Positions 24,470 to 37,896 of a stretch of DNA of 64,000 bases are shown piece after piece. A program made the translations under genes and the position numbers. Position 1 is the first letter of the stretch. Each line of letters opens with the position of its first letter. Origin of the DNA: Gekko japonicus (lineage: Eukaryota); NCBI RefSeq assembly GCF_001447785.1, contig NW_015174859.1:637808-701807 (forward strand), written 5' to 3'. The notes beneath the pieces are model-generated. The model worked only from the letters and a program-made list of their open reading frames with translations. It searched no databases and had not been told where the DNA came from.

Positions 24470-25736
24470 GTATGTTTCGACATTGAGCTCTTCCCTCCTT
24501 GATTGTTTTCAGTATGCAGCTAGCTTTCTGCACAGACTTTAAAAAGAGCTTCCTAAAGAGTCATCCTCTTTGTTTGAAAGGGGAACCACCACAGTGCTGA
24601 CCATTTGGTTCCGGCTTCCCTGTCCCTGTATTTGGAATGCCGGGCTGGAAAGAAAATGGCAGGCCTTCTGTTCTGAGTGTGGGCAGGATACCCCCCCCCC
24701 CCCCCCCCCCCCAGCTGCCTCACCTTTTGCCTGCATGCAGTTGCTCCTCCAGGGCAGGCAAAGAAAAAAGTTGGCAGTCCAGGCATCTTGTAGCAAAATG
24801 CTCTTGTTGATTCTCACCTTGTTTAATTTTGGCTCCACTCAGCGCTTAAGACAGAGACAAGAGCTCCCTCACTGCCCCTTCCTTCAGCGTGGGAAGGCAG
24901 CAGCAGCACTTCGTGAAGAGCAGTATCACTTTCCCATATAGTGAATGGTGACTGTGGTGGGGTGGTCTGCGTGGCACATTAGGCAGAGTTGAGGGGACTT
25001 TGGGTCCTCAGCAGAAGTTCCAGGCCACAGCTCCTTATGGGTTCTTTTCTTCCCCTAATTGATGGGGAGCACAGACTACAGCTGTGGGCTGAAGCAATGG
25101 CACTAATGTCCCCCCTTCTGGTGCTGTTTTCCATGCAGTGCCCTGAAAAAGATACAAAGCGGGAAAAGTCGAGGGATTGGCTTAATGTGTTGCTGCCCAT
25201 GTGTCACTCTAAACTGGGGGAATTCCATGGAAGTCCACAGTCACTCCCAGTTGGCTTGAACTCGGTCCTTGATTTGTGGGGCGTTTCAAGCCCTGCTCCA
25301 TGCTTCACAAACGCTCAGCCATCCTGTTTTTTCTGATACGTGCAGGAGTGGCTCAGAAGTCCCTCCCCCCATATCTTATTAGCTGATTTTAGTGGTGGTT
25401 TTAGTGGCAAGCTTTGCCCTGCCCTAGTAACCTGCGCTCTACAGCAGACAGTTAATCCTGCCACGATTTTGGAAGGGGGGGTTTGAAGGTGTGCACACGC
25501 ACATACACACACTGTTCCTTGTGTTCCTTCTGGTTCTACCAAAGTTGCTGTTCCCAGGGGAGGGGGTGGATGATTTAGCTTCTCTGTAAAGTAGCATTTC
25601 CAGGTGTGTCAGTTTGGAGGAAGAAATCCTCTGCTCTTGCATGTCCTCATGGGATTCATGGGTGGCCGTGGCACCACTTGACTGTGAATCTTGTCAGGTG
25701 ACCTCTCTGTTCCTTGTTTCCTTTTCTTTTTAATAG

Positions 25737-27419
25737 GAAACGAGACTGGGCAAGCTGATCAATGATGTGCGGAAGAAAACGAAGAATGAGGAGCTGGCCA
25801 AGCGTGCAAAAAAACTGCTGCGGAATTGGCAGAAGCTGATCGAGCCCGTAACACCAAATGAGGCTGCCTCAAGGGGGTTGTCAAACCCACCTGGATCGGC
25901 AAATGGTGGCGCTCATAACTGCCGCATGGAAACTCCCCCTGTGGTTGTGGTTGGATCAAAGCCCGTTCACGATGTGAAGAACAGGAATGATGTCCAAAAA
26001 TTGAACTCTCCGAAATCAGAGAGGCCAGGGAGCCGGAAGCGGAGAGGTGAACCCCATGATGGCCACCAGGGCCCTCCTCCATCTAAAGCTTCTAAAGCCA
26101 GCTATGAAGTATTGCAGAACTCTTCCCCGCCCCCAACCAATGGGATTGGGGGGAGCCCAGAGAGTTTCCCCAGCCCTCCGGAGGTGACCACACTGCCCGT
26201 GCCAGAAGGGAGCCGAGTGGAGCTGGGTGAAAATGACAAGCCCAGTAAGATTCCGGTCAATGCAGTCAGGCCCCACACCAGCTCCCCAGGGCTCTTCAAA
26301 CCTACGGGAACTTCGTTGTTGCTCAAGACGGCAGTGTTGCTGCAGCAGCATGAGAAAGCGGAGGAGGCTGCCAGCCAACCCCGGAGCCCGCGTTGCTCCT
26401 CGTTCAGTCCAAGGAGTGTTAGGCTGGAAACATTTTCTCGGCAGCATACCACATGCTCTCTAAAGGGCTCCGTGCCCATTCCGTCTCCAAGGCCTCCCCT
26501 CCTGGAAGCTGCAGCAGCAGTACCCTTATCACCACCTCTTTCTCTGACACAGCCGTCAACGCCACCAGCCTTGGCCAGAAGACTGGAGGCATCTCAGCAG
26601 GTGGGCCCAGAGCCACCACTGCATTCCCAGGAGCAGCAGGCAGCACCTGAGAGTCAACATTGGCTCGCAGCAGGAGTATCCCCTGATGGTGGGAGTGGCC
26701 TGCACCTTTCTGATTCCTTGGCTGGCTTCTCGCCAGACACCTCAAAGGTGGACAGCGACAGTGCTGCATCAGGGTCTGACAGCAAAAAGAAGAAAAAATA
26801 CCGCCCCAAAGACTACGTGGTCAACTTGGATGGGCAGGCACTAGAAGCAGGTGTCAAGCCTGTCCGGTTAAAAAAAGAGAGGCGACTCACCTTCGACCCC
26901 AAGACGGGCGAGATTAAACCTTTAACGCAGAGGGACTCTCTGCAGGCGGACCTCCCTGCTTTTGCTCAGCAGCACAGGACAGACACAGACAGGCAGGAGC
27001 AAACCCTGCCCCTGCTGCAGAGTCCCTTTGAACAAACTAATTGGAAAGAATTGTCCAGGAATGAAATCATTCAGTCCTATTTGGATAGGCAGAGTACCTT
27101 GCTATCCTCTTCAGGAGTGCAAACTCCAGGGGCCCCTTACTTCATGTCTCAATATTTAAAGCAAGAGGAAAGCACTAGGAGGGAAGCCAGAAAGACCCAC
27201 GTTCTGGCTCCAGTCAGCAGCAAACCCACAAACTTGCCTGGGGTGACACGAGAGGTTATGAGGGAAGACCTCGAGAGAATATCTGACCACCATTGGCCAG
27301 GTGTGAATGGTTGCTATGATACACAGGGTAACTGGTATGATTGGACGCAGTGCATATCGCTAGACCCACACGGGGATGACGGGCGCCTGAACATCCTGCC
27401 TTATGTCTGCATAGACTGA
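25737..27419 (+). CDS. MED26: MED26 exon 3
   Basis: taatag|ETRLGKLINDVRKKTKNEELAKRAKKLLRNWQKL...WYDWTQCISLDPHGDDGRLNILPYVCID*; candidate polyA AATAAA at 28455-28460. Confidence 0.97.
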   Translation, partial: ETRLGKLINDVRKKTKNEELAKRAKKLLRNWQKLIEPVTPNEAASRGLSNPPGSANGGAHNCRMETPPVVVVGSKPVHDVKNRNDVQKLNSPKSERPGSRKRRGEPHDGHQGPPPSKASKASYEVLQNSSPPPTNGIGGSPESFPSPPEVTTLPVPEGSRVELGENDKPSKIPVNAVRPHTSSPGLFKPTGTSLLLKTAVLLQQHEKAEEAASQPRSPRCSSFSPRSVRLETFSRQHTTCSLKGSVPIPSPRPPLLEAAAAVPLSPPLSLTQPSTPPALARRLEASQQVGPEPPLHSQEQQAAPESQHWLAAGVSPDGGSGLHLSDSLAGFSPDTSKVDSDSAASGSDSKKKKKYRPKDYVVNLDGQALEAGVKPVRLKKERRLTFDPKTGEIKPLTQRDSLQADLPAFAQQHRTDTDRQEQTLPLLQSPFEQTNWKELSRNEIIQSYLDRQSTLLSSSGVQTPGAPYFMSQYLKQEESTRREARKTHVLAPVSSKPTNLPGVTREVMREDLERISDHHWPGVNGCYDTQGNWYDWTQCISLDPHGDDGRLNILPYVCID

Positions 27420-30400
27420 GTACAGTTTTGCTAAGATGCTTTTTTACACTGGCAGATAGTAAAATGGGCAGGTGCTACACCACCCCCCATCCCCGCCCCG
27501 CCCCCGTCACGCTGAAACAGGCTCACCAAGCAGAGGGTATGTACAAGAACTGGATACTGGCAGTTCCTCTGTTTTGTGAGGAGCTGCTACCAGTTTACTA
27601 ACACAAATTGCAAAGGAAGGCATAATGAAGATTGGTTTAAAAACACACAGAGTTTGTAGAGCTCCAAACTCTCTAGCAAGCCAGCCCTTAAAAAGTGTTA
27701 GTCCCCACAAAGTGAGAGGTGTTTCCAGCACTTTGAATTCCAGAATCTGAGGACAGGCAGGTACAGGCGGGCATTGTGGAAGTGGAACATTAACACAGTA
27801 GGTGAGTCTATTTATTTGTCTTGATTTGGTTTTCTTTTTCTTTTCTTTTTCTTTTAAAAATATAATATGACAGTGAGATATCGGGAAATGAACTGTGCAG
27901 AACTGTAGTTACCTCTTATTTGCATTGCATCTCTGCACACCAGTTGTGTGCTCTTGAGCAGTCTCTTGGTGCAGAGGTTTGGTTTGCCACAATGTGTTGT
28001 GCTAGGAGTCCAGGGGAGAGGGGACATAACTATCTTCAGCTCAGCATTCTGCCGTCTGATCTGGGTTCATGTCAATCCAGTCTAAAAGATGCTGCTGAAA
28101 ATGTTACTGTTCTCCCAGCATCACCACCAGCCAGTTTGTGTGCGTGCTCCCCAGCAAAGTTTTGTAGGGGAGTGAGGGAAGAATCACTCTTTTTATTTTT
28201 AAAAAATCAAAAAGTAATGAGGGTGCTACTAGTTTGTAAATGTCCTGTGAATGGGAGCCTGTTTGTATGCTGGAAATATACTTGTTACCATTCCTTTAGA
28301 TATTGTTTGCCTTATGGGTACCCATCACAAATGCGATTTGCAAAAACAGAGCCTTAGTGAATGTACAGTAACTAGACTTCTGTGTTCCCGAGACGCAGAA
28401 GGAGCAACTTTGCTATTGGTCCTTTAAGTGGACACGTTGTGATATAAATGTGGAAATAAAAGAAATTTGCACAAAATGCAGTGTTGCTTTTATATTTATG
28501 TATTTAACATTAGTTTTGGCTGGTGAGTTCCACCTTGTTTGGGTCCATGGGGATATGTTGTTCCACTTGCTGCTCTTAGGCTGTGCTTGTCTAGGTGGAT
28601 TTTAAAATGTATATAGTTTTTATCATGTTGGTAGAAGTAAGTTGGAGCTCATTCTTTGTCTTGTCAGAAATTACATTTTGTGTTGAACACCCCCACCCCC
28701 ACACACCCCTTACTGGGATTAGCCTTCAGCCTAGGTTAATCTGCTCTGTCTGTTAATGAGATGACAGCAGAAGCTTCCACTTGTGACTTTCAGATCTCTT
28801 TCCCGTGAAAGAATCAGACAATGCAGCTTGCCTGTATGATTTGGCCCTTGTCTGCTCTCTGTTTCTGCAACTAGGCTCTGCTTGTGACCATGTAGATATT
28901 TGCTTGTCAGCGCTAGGTAATTGTGGGGGGCCCCTTCACATCTGGGATGAGAAAGCAAAGTTGCGCAGGCCTGTTTCTGACTGAGAAGAAAGCCATGCTC
29001 CCCTGCCTCAGTGACAGCGAGATGTGAATGTCATACTCATTTGCTGCAGTAGCAGGAGCACAATTAGGGAAGGGAGGAGCAGGTGCTACCGTGATGTGGG
29101 AAGCATTCTGCCCGTACTCAGTGGGTTGGATCCTGTGCAAGATCTTGACTGGCAGAATGGATTTCCATCAGCAGAGCTGGACTTCCCTGCATCCTGCTGC
29201 AGCCCAAAATGCTGCCACCTCAATAAAGCTACTCCTGGGGACACTTAGGAACAGCATTTGGGGGGGGGGGGGAGAGCTGGAAAAAATGCCCCCCCCATCC
29301 ATGGGCATTTCAGCCGGATCACAATCCAGTGCATTTAGGTTTCAGTGTGTGCTTGCTTCAAACCTCTTGTAGGATGACCTGGTGAGTGAAGAGATCAGGG
29401 CTGAAGATGCAGTTCTGAGTTCACTTTCCTAGGGGTAAGTCTCCTTGAACTCAGTGGCCTGACTTCTGAGTACTGTCTCTAAATCCGTTCTCTCTGCTTT
29501 GGTTTGGGCTGTTTTTCTTTGAATTGATTGCTGTGTGTGTATTGTTAACCAGCAGTGGGACCGTGTTTGCAGGCGCAGAAGTCACTATCGTGCATAGGAA
29601 GACAGTAACTGATTGTGGCAGAAGCTTTTCATGCACGGGGCAGGCATAGAGAAGTGAATTGTTAAACACTGGGGTCCAGTTACTGTGCAAGGCTGCAATG
29701 TATACAAGATAAGAACAGAATGACCTATTTGGAGCAGCAGTGAGTGGTGATATAACATGGTTTTCCTAAGTTTGTGGTGCTTGTTGACTTAAGATAATCT
29801 CGGAGGAGGTAGCACTTCAAACAAGTTAGTCTGCTACAGCAGAACAAGCTAGTGAATTGAATCCTGTGCGTCCATTCCACCACCAGTGTCACTTTGTCTA
29901 GGGTGCTTCCCCGATGCAAGCAACTTTGTTAGACTTTCAAGAGTCATGAGACCTCAGAACGTTTTGCATCTTGTGAAGACTCCTTGCATAGAAAGGAAGT
30001 TCCACCACTAGGAGAATGGCTTTGTGGGATCCAACTCTTGTTTTTTTTAAAGACTAGCAGACTTATTGTGGTGTCCATGGGAGATTTTGTCAAATGAATC
30101 TGTTAGTCTTAAGGGACCACAAGGTGCTTTTGTTTTCCTTCATGCATGTGATGGAGGCGGCCTTGGCCCCCCAAAGTTTCTGCCACAAGAGGACTGTAAC
30201 CCTCAGCAGAATATCTAGGAGTCAGCGTTGTTGGGATTTCCTTCTGAGCATATATGCTATGGATCACACTGTGAGTCTGTGTTTTAACACGTCACTAGTA
30301 TCACACTCCTCAGGCTGCAGTCCTTTCTCCATTATTTGGGAGTAGGCCACTCTCAACTGACTTCTGAGTAAAGCTGCACATCTTGAGGCTTTGGGTTCTT

Positions 30401-31449
30401 ATTATACCTTAAGAGCCCGAGCTGGGTGGGAGGGACTGGCTGCTGGCCCAGCTGATGCACAAGTGCCCTTTCCCCTCCTCCCTGGCAGGCTTACCTGGAG
30501 GAAGACTGGAATTCCTAAAGGTTGACAGGTCATTAGTCCGTGGTGGTGCCTTGTCTTTTTGTCAACATTTGCCGGACCCCAGATTTGATGGCCCACTGGT
30601 GCCAGAGTGCCTTCTTGCAGCCAGGTCTCTTTTTAAGTAAGATCTTTGGCCCTTGTGATGGGCTACTGTCACCCCTTCTGTATGTACCCTTGCTACCTGT
30701 TGAATTGCTGTTGGCTTTTGATTTTATGCTGCTGCATTGTACTATTGGTTATATTTTTAGCAGGTATTATTCTTAAATTGTACACTGCGTTGGGAACCCT
30801 GCTGAGAGAATGCAGCATAAGAAGTATATTAACCAAACAGGTTACCATGATGTAACTTAAAATTTATGGAGCTGCTTCTCTTTGTGCAGTTTTGTATCAC
30901 TGTTTTTGGTTTAATGAATACTGGTTTTAACATTCCTATTTGATTTTAAAAGGAAAATGCAAATAAATACTGATTCCAAAGATACCTGGAGCCAAGGAAG
31001 AGGCTGGGCAAAAAAACCCCCCTCCCCCTCAAAATTCTGTATGATGAAGCCCTTTTCAATTTTTGCCCCTGGTTGTGGAATTCCTCATATCTACTTGTGA
31101 GCTCAGCCTCTCTCTTTGCCATGTCTGTACTAAGATTACTGGTCTTAACACTTTGTTTTTTTCATGTTTCTGTTACTGTAAATCATCTTGAATACTTTTG
31201 AGCACGGGAAAGTAGGACAGAAATGCCCTCATAAACTAGATAACATATTTTAAGTGAGGGATGGGCTATCAGTATGGAGAAATTTAAATAAAACTGCTAA
31301 TTTCTACTTTTTAATGAGAAACTGAAAAGATGACAAAATGAGCAGTTCAAGCCTTACAAATTAATATTTTTAAAGTGGTGCAGAATAAATTTTTCGAAGG
31401 AGGTGGTACATTAACAGAAAAAATAGTAGTTACTAATATGGGTTTAAGT

Positions 31450-32100
31450 CCTAGCGGCAAGCTGCCCTTCCGCGCATGCGCACTAAGCCCTTTTGCAGCC
31501 GAGCCTTCCCTCTCTTGGACCCAGGCGGTCGCAGCATGGCTTCCTCTCTATGATCACGCGAAACAAGAGCGGCCATGTACCTCATGGGTTTCCGTAGGCA
31601 AGCCCGGCATTTACTTCCTGTCGGTGGGCGGAACTGACGTACTGAAGCGCGCGCCTTCCTGTGAGGGTGACGCGCCCGCTCCTGGTCCGGCGGCAGCGAC
31701 AGAGGTGGCCTCGCCGGTCGGGATGGCGTCGCCGGGACCTCCGCCGTCGGCCGCACCCCCTCCCCCGTCGTCTCCCGCCTCTTCCGCGGGGGGCCGCGGC
31801 CCGTCTCGCTCTGCCACGTCCTGGGCCTGGTGGCGCTGCTGCCCCCCCTGCTGCGCGCCTGGCGCGTCCCCGCCGCCGGCCCCTCCCAGCTGCCGCCCCG
31901 TGCCTACCCCCGAATCATCCTCCCGCTCGCCTTTGGCAAGTACCTCGCCTCCATCAGCGCCCACGTCTCCCTCTGGCGCGTGCCCGTCTCCTACGCCCAC
32001 ACCGGTGAGAGCGAGAGTGCGCGCTCGCGCGGACTGGGGGAGCGGGCGGGGGAGGAGGAAGTGCCTCTGAGCCCCGTGCAGAGAGCGAGCGGGAGGGTTG
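31450..32100 (+). promoter_or_regulatory. SLC35E1 CpG-island promoter
   Basis: NRF1 GCGCATGCGC near 31472, ETS ACTTCCTG near 31613, TGACGT near 31635, dense CpG. Confidence 0.8.
31723..32004 (+). CDS. SLC35E1: Solute carrier 35E1, exon 1 of 6 (apparently frameshifted / internally deleted in this assembly)
   Basis: ATG at 31723 (MASPGPPPS...SSAGGRG) is out of frame with [23 protein letters not shown]...[24 protein letters not shown] (31803-32003); donor G|gtgaga. Confidence 0.8.
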
Positions 32101-33055
32101 TTTCATAGGGTGGAGTGCCAGCTTCTCTTGCTTTGACTCTCGAAAGATGACATCCCGGAAATCTCGCTCATCTCTTAAGTTGCTACTGGACTAGAACCTC
32201 ATAGGGTCGCCAACTTCCAGGTGCGACCAGGAGTTCTCCCAGCTTTGCAACTGGTCTCCAGAGTGTCCTTGGAGACAATGACAGCTTAGGGGGGAAATCA
32301 CATGCCACTTGACTTACATTTCCTCCTCAAACACCACTCCCAAATCCCCAGGAATTTCCCAACCTGGGGGTGGCAGCCATATTCTGCTGTTGAACTGCAT
32401 ACGGACCGTGGTGGCCCTGTGAGAAGAATGCTTCTGAGCCATGTGCCTTCTGAGTGTCTTCAGAGAGAGGAGGAAGGGTTGGGACTTACTCATATTTAAA
32501 CCAGTGAAGTAGCCTGCTTTTCTCCTTACCCAGAATTGTCCTGTTCTGCATTTTATCCTCACAACAACCATCCTGCAGGGCAGGTTAGGCTCAGAGGGAG
32601 AGATTGGCCCTAGCTGCCTAGAGAGCCATGGCAGAGGGGATTCAAACCTGGGTTTTTCAGATTCTAGTCCAGCACTATAACAACTCTAGCTCTATGGTTA
32701 AATTTTGTTTCCAAGACTTTGGAGACTTAGGAGCACTCTGCATTTACTCAGAGACATTTTCCTATATTCAGAAGGGGAAGAGGAGTTGTGAAGCATGAAA
32801 AGTTTTCTACTGGCAGAGCTGTAAAATGAATATCCTTGGGCAATGTGTTGAGTGCCTGTAATGGAAAGCTGTTTAGTTGTTGTGGCTAACATGGCCGGGA
32901 CGTCCCAGGTTCAAACCTCCTGCTTGACCCTAAAGCTCACACTCTGCTGTCATATCCACCAGGATCAACTTTCTGCTGACTTTTTCTTCTCCTGTCTGAA
33001 CTTGTCTTTTAGCTTTTCTAGTCCCTCTAACCCTTGTTCCTCCCTCACCTTTCAG

Positions 33056-33126
33056 TGAAGGCAACTATGCCTATCTGGGTGGTTCTGCTGTCAAGAATCA
33101 TAATGAAGGAAAAACAGACTACAAAG
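33056..33126 (+). CDS. SLC35E1: SLC35E1 exon 2
   Basis: ttcag|TG AAG GCA ACT ATG...[23 protein letters not shown]|gtaaga. Confidence 0.96.
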
Positions 33127-33295
33127 GTAAGAGGAGATATGCTCTCTCCTCCTTCCAGAAGAGCAAAGTGTTGAAGAAGCCTTTGGGGGATGGGCAGCGG
33201 GGTGTCCTCTTGACTCCCAAGCCCTTTTCTGTTGTGGAAGGGACTTCTCCGTTTGGAGAGCTGTCACTTGAAGCGCTGCCTTCTCCCTCTTGCAG

Positions 33296-33433
33296 GTGTA
33301 TTTATCCCTCATCCCCATCATCGGTGGAGTTCTGCTGGCAACAGTCACAGAGCTGTCATTTGACACGTGGGGGCTTGTGAGTGCCCTTGCTGCAACTCTC
33401 TGTTTCTCTCTTCAGAACATTTTCTCTAAAAAG
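33296..33433 (+). CDS. SLC35E1: SLC35E1 exon 3
   Basis: tgcag|[46 protein letters not shown]|gtatgt. Confidence 0.96.
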
Positions 33434-34184
33434 GTATGTCTCGAATCTCGGCCTTTCCTGGGTAGCTACACTGTGCCAGTTCAGGCCAGGGGTTTTAACT
33501 CGGGTCTTTTTCCAGATCAGGATTTGTACCTCGGCTCCTGGTGTACGTGGAAGATGGGTGGAGGCATAAAGTTCTGGAAATTTTGAGTCCAAAAAACCAA
33601 GAACAAAATCCACGTGTAGGACCAACCGAGTTGACACAAAACATTGTGCGTGTTTTTAAACCTGCAGGCTGGTTGTTATAATTTTTTTTAAGTTAGTGTT
33701 CTGGGGAGCAGATTCTTCATGACATGATCTTGCAAGTCTACGGTATGAAATATATGGTGGAACAAAGCTGTACGGCTGGTAGACTAACAAGTCTTGCTTT
33801 GAGATTTTGCATAGACCAATATGACCCTCTGGGAAAAAAAATTAAGAAAAATTGAAATACTTACTTTGAACAAAACGTATTTTGCTACTTTAACAATATA
33901 ACAATATATATAACGTAGCATATAAAGTTGTTCTACATGACATACTTAAGATACTTGGGAGCGTCCTAGTTTCCTACCAACAAAACTGCAAGTATATGCA
34001 ATATAAGAGAGAGCTAAAACTGCACCCTCAACCATCTTTGCTCACATATCTTAGCTCTTGTCATCTGAGAAATAGGGAAAGATATAAATTTAGGAGTAAA
34101 CAAAAGAATAAACTTTGAACAGACGTAGTCTCACAGTCACAAAAGTTCTGTTGAGTTAAACTTTATAATATTGGAAATCATCAA

Positions 34185-34464
34185 GAGAAGAAGATACGGG
34201 ATTTATACCCCCGTCCTTCACTACCCGAAGGAGTCTCAGAGCGGCTTACAATCCCTTTACCTTCCGCTTCCCACAACAGACACCCTGTAAGGTAGGCGGG
34301 GCTGAGAGAGCACTTTCGAGAACTGTTCGTGAGAGAACAGCTCTGAAAGAACTTATGACTGACCTAAGGTCACACCAGCAGCTCCATGTGGAGAAGTGGG
34401 GACTCAGACCCGGTTCTCCCAGATTAGAGTCTGTATCCCTAACCATTACACCAAACTGGCTCTC
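34185..34464 (-). mobile_element. Squam3-like SINE
   Basis: Family match. Confidence 0.85.
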
Positions 34465-35051
34465 AAGATATTCAATAGTGTATTATCATCCTGTAGGTGG
34501 TGGTATTAATTGTAAACGAAACTAGTCAGGTTTGCACAACAAATATGTCCTTGAAAATATTGTATGTTTTCGCAGAATACTCAAGAATTATTCTCTAATA
34601 CTACACAGCTTCATAGTACACATAGTACACACTAGCCTTTTTTTAAAAAAGCATTTCACTCATTCCAAAGGAAAATATTTCATAGGAAAAAATTTTCCTA
34701 TGAAAAATTGAAACAAATCCTTAAGGAGAAAAACAGGCCCCTCTCCCCTTTTCCTGAACTCTTTGGGGGAGTGCTTTCTTAGACTTTCACACCTCTGCAA
34801 GTGGGATCCCCTATCACTTAGAAAGTATCATGGGCTGTCTGATGGTTGCTTTGCAGAAGGGAAGCTGAAGTTGAGATAAAAAGCTAGCTGTTTTTCCTAG
34901 CTCATTCTTGCCCATTCAGTTCTTCCACTTCTGTGGAAGTAGGAGCAGGAGAATATTTGATTTCTTGCCAGGATGCTTGGGTTTTTTGGGTGGACAAACC
35001 ATCCAGTTTTTCAAGAAGGGTCTGCTTTTGTCATCCCCTTTCTCTTTCCAG

Positions 35052-35177
35052 GTACTGAGAGACTCGCGAATACACCATCTCAGGCTGCTGAACATCCTTG
35101 GGTGCCATGCTGTGTTCTTTATGATCCCAACGTGGGTCCTTGTTGATCTTTCTTCCTTCCTTGTAGAGAATGACTTG
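35052..35177 (+). CDS. SLC35E1: SLC35E1 exon 4
   Basis: ttccag|[42 protein letters not shown]|gtatgt. Confidence 0.96.
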
Positions 35178-37896
35178 GTATGTCTGAGGGCAGCTCTGCA
35201 ATGGGATTTGTGTCACCTTAATCTTGCCTGGGCACTTCTGCTGGAGCTCAGCCATAGAAGGCCCTGTTGTCTGCACTGATGTTTGCTCCTTATTCTTACT
35301 TGCTGCAGCCTTTGGTCTTTCTGCCTTGTGGCTTCTGGTTAGAGTTGGCACTGAGTGCAAATCTTGGTTATCTGCTTATTGGAAAGATGACAGATAGCAG
35401 GATATGCAGAGCTGTTGGCCAAAAGAAAAGCACTGCAGTTTTTAAAAAATCTAAATACAGATGTGAAGACCAAAAGGCTTCATTAGGCAGGCACAGCTGG
35501 AATGACTGGGAACCCTGACCTGCTGCACCCATGTGCGGCCCCCCCAACTCCCCCCCCCGCTGGAAATTCTGGAAAAGATTGAAAAAGGTTGATACAGAGT
35601 TATATTTGCTTTGCTTAAATATTTTTACTCTGGTTTTCCCCCTGAAGGGACACAATGTGGCTCACAACAACAATAAGAAGAAAGAATAAAATATAGCTAA
35701 AGCAAACAACAAAGTATGATCCTGGGTTCAGTGGTTGGCTCCTCCAGAATCGTGGGCTGTGAGGCAAAGGGCCTTCCCTCTCATACACAAAGGCTCAAGC
35801 CTCTGGCCACATGCAAGCTTTATACTTGCAGCGGGAAGGGTAAAACAAACACTCAGGTGTTATAATTGGCAGAGATATTCTTCCCAGACAATTTTCCTTT
35901 CCCTGCTCTTTTCTTTTCAGAATTATAAGGAAAGAACAACCAAAAGAAGTATTGTGGCATTCCTGTTAAAAACTAATGGATTTATTGAAACAGGCTTCTG
36001 TAGGCTAGAGCTCATTGCTAGACAGATTTAACCCAATTTTCTCACTAAAATAATGATCAGAACACATTATAAAGCAAGGATTTAAAGTTGCCTTGTTAAA
36101 TGCAGTCCTGGATGATTCGTAGTTCCAAGCCTAAGGTCAGTGGGGATGGCACGGCTACATTATCTGCCTGGATTGTAAAACAAGAGACCACCTTAGGGAT
36201 TGATGCTGGAAAAGTACTTTCAGAAACTGCAAGATACTGAGTATCTTTAGGGATTTAATCCAGATGAGAAGCCTGCCTCGGCACCACTGCTGGGTCCTAT
36301 GGCTTCTCAGTTGTGTCATATTTCTCTTTCATGTGAAACCGTCTGATGCGTTTTTGTGTAGGGGCAGTTTTCTCTGTGAGGCAAGCCCGGAGATGTATGT
36401 TCCCACAGAAAGATAAGGGAAGTTGTGTGCATGGTGGTAAATACCTCCTGACTTCTCACCGTGAGAAGAGACTTGGCGAAGGTGGGGTTCAGATAAGAAG
36501 GTGGGCTGTCTGCACAACACATTCCTGTTATCATAGCACACAGTAGTATGCTGGTAACTTTCGATGTGCATGGAAGGGGAGGAGGGAGAAAGAAGGGGGG
36601 AGAAAGGGGGAAGCTAAGCTTAATAAAAACGCTGCAAAGTGAGAGAGCTTCAGACAACTTCTGCAGATGTTTGCCTTGTGTCTTCTTTGAACCCTTCAAC
36701 CTTCATTTTTGTAAATACACAATCCAGAAATAAGAGAGGGGAAGTTTCTTATTTTCTTTGCTGTTTATATAGGAACTTCTTTCCTCTTTATGCAAAAGCT
36801 TCCGTTGCCTGGAATCCATAAAGCTTGAAATGGAAAGTCAGAAGCAGAACCTGGTGATTTAGGGGAAGAATAAACTTGAATTATGCTGCCATTCTGAAGA
36901 ATAACTTATTTGTTGAGATTAAGTATAATAGAAATAAATGCAAATAGACACGCATAGCTCATCTTCTTTGTAGTTGCTACGGCATTGCCTAATTGCGTGC
37001 AGGCCTACATACCATTTCTGGTCTTTTGTACTAAAGCCTTCCGTTGGGTATTGCAATGCTGGTGTTTTTTGTTTTGCTTTCAAATGTTTCCAACTGGCCC
37101 ATCCGAGGTCTCCTGGGGTGCAGCAGCTTGCAGCTCCATCTCTGACATGGGTAAACCTGTAATGATTGTTTGAACGAAACAGGCATTCGTACTTTTAAAT
37201 GGTATAAATATATCACGTAGAACGAGTGATACATATGATACTTTTAAACCAGTATGGAAAATTTGATTAGGAAGTGTAATTCTTTAAAAGCATTGCTTCA
37301 GAATTCCCGGAAGTTTTACATGTCTTGGTAATCTGATGGCTCTAGAGGAGCCGAAGTTGAGGTCGAGGTGGTTTCAGAAAGACTGCCCAGATTTGTTTGA
37401 TGAGGGCAGACTGGGATGGTGAATGGCTGGGCAGGGTGTTCTGGGCTTTAGGAGGGGGAGAATTGTGGAGGAAGGAGAGTTAGGGCTGACTGTTGGGGAG
37501 TTCTGGTGGAGCGGGAAAGGATTGCTGTACTCTGTTTCTCAGGGGACAGAGGCTGTGCTCCAGGAAGCTGAAGGGGTCCTCCAGTAGGCCGAAGCTAAGG
37601 GAGGGGCATAAGAAAAAGAGGAGGTGTCTTGACTGACCATGGGAGACAAGCTTACAGTCATATATGACCAGCATGCAGTAACTCTCTGTATCCCTCCCTT
37701 TCTGTAAGAAGGTGAGGCAGCATGCATGGTGTCCTCCATTTTGCTGTCACAACAGCAATCCTGTGGGGTAGGCTGGGCTGAAAACTTGACTGGCCCGAGG
37801 TCACCTGGAAAGGTTAATGGTTGTTTTGAACTTGTATCTCCCCCAGTCTTAGTTCGACATGCCTAAACTCTACTTCACTCTGGCTTTTTCTGGCAG

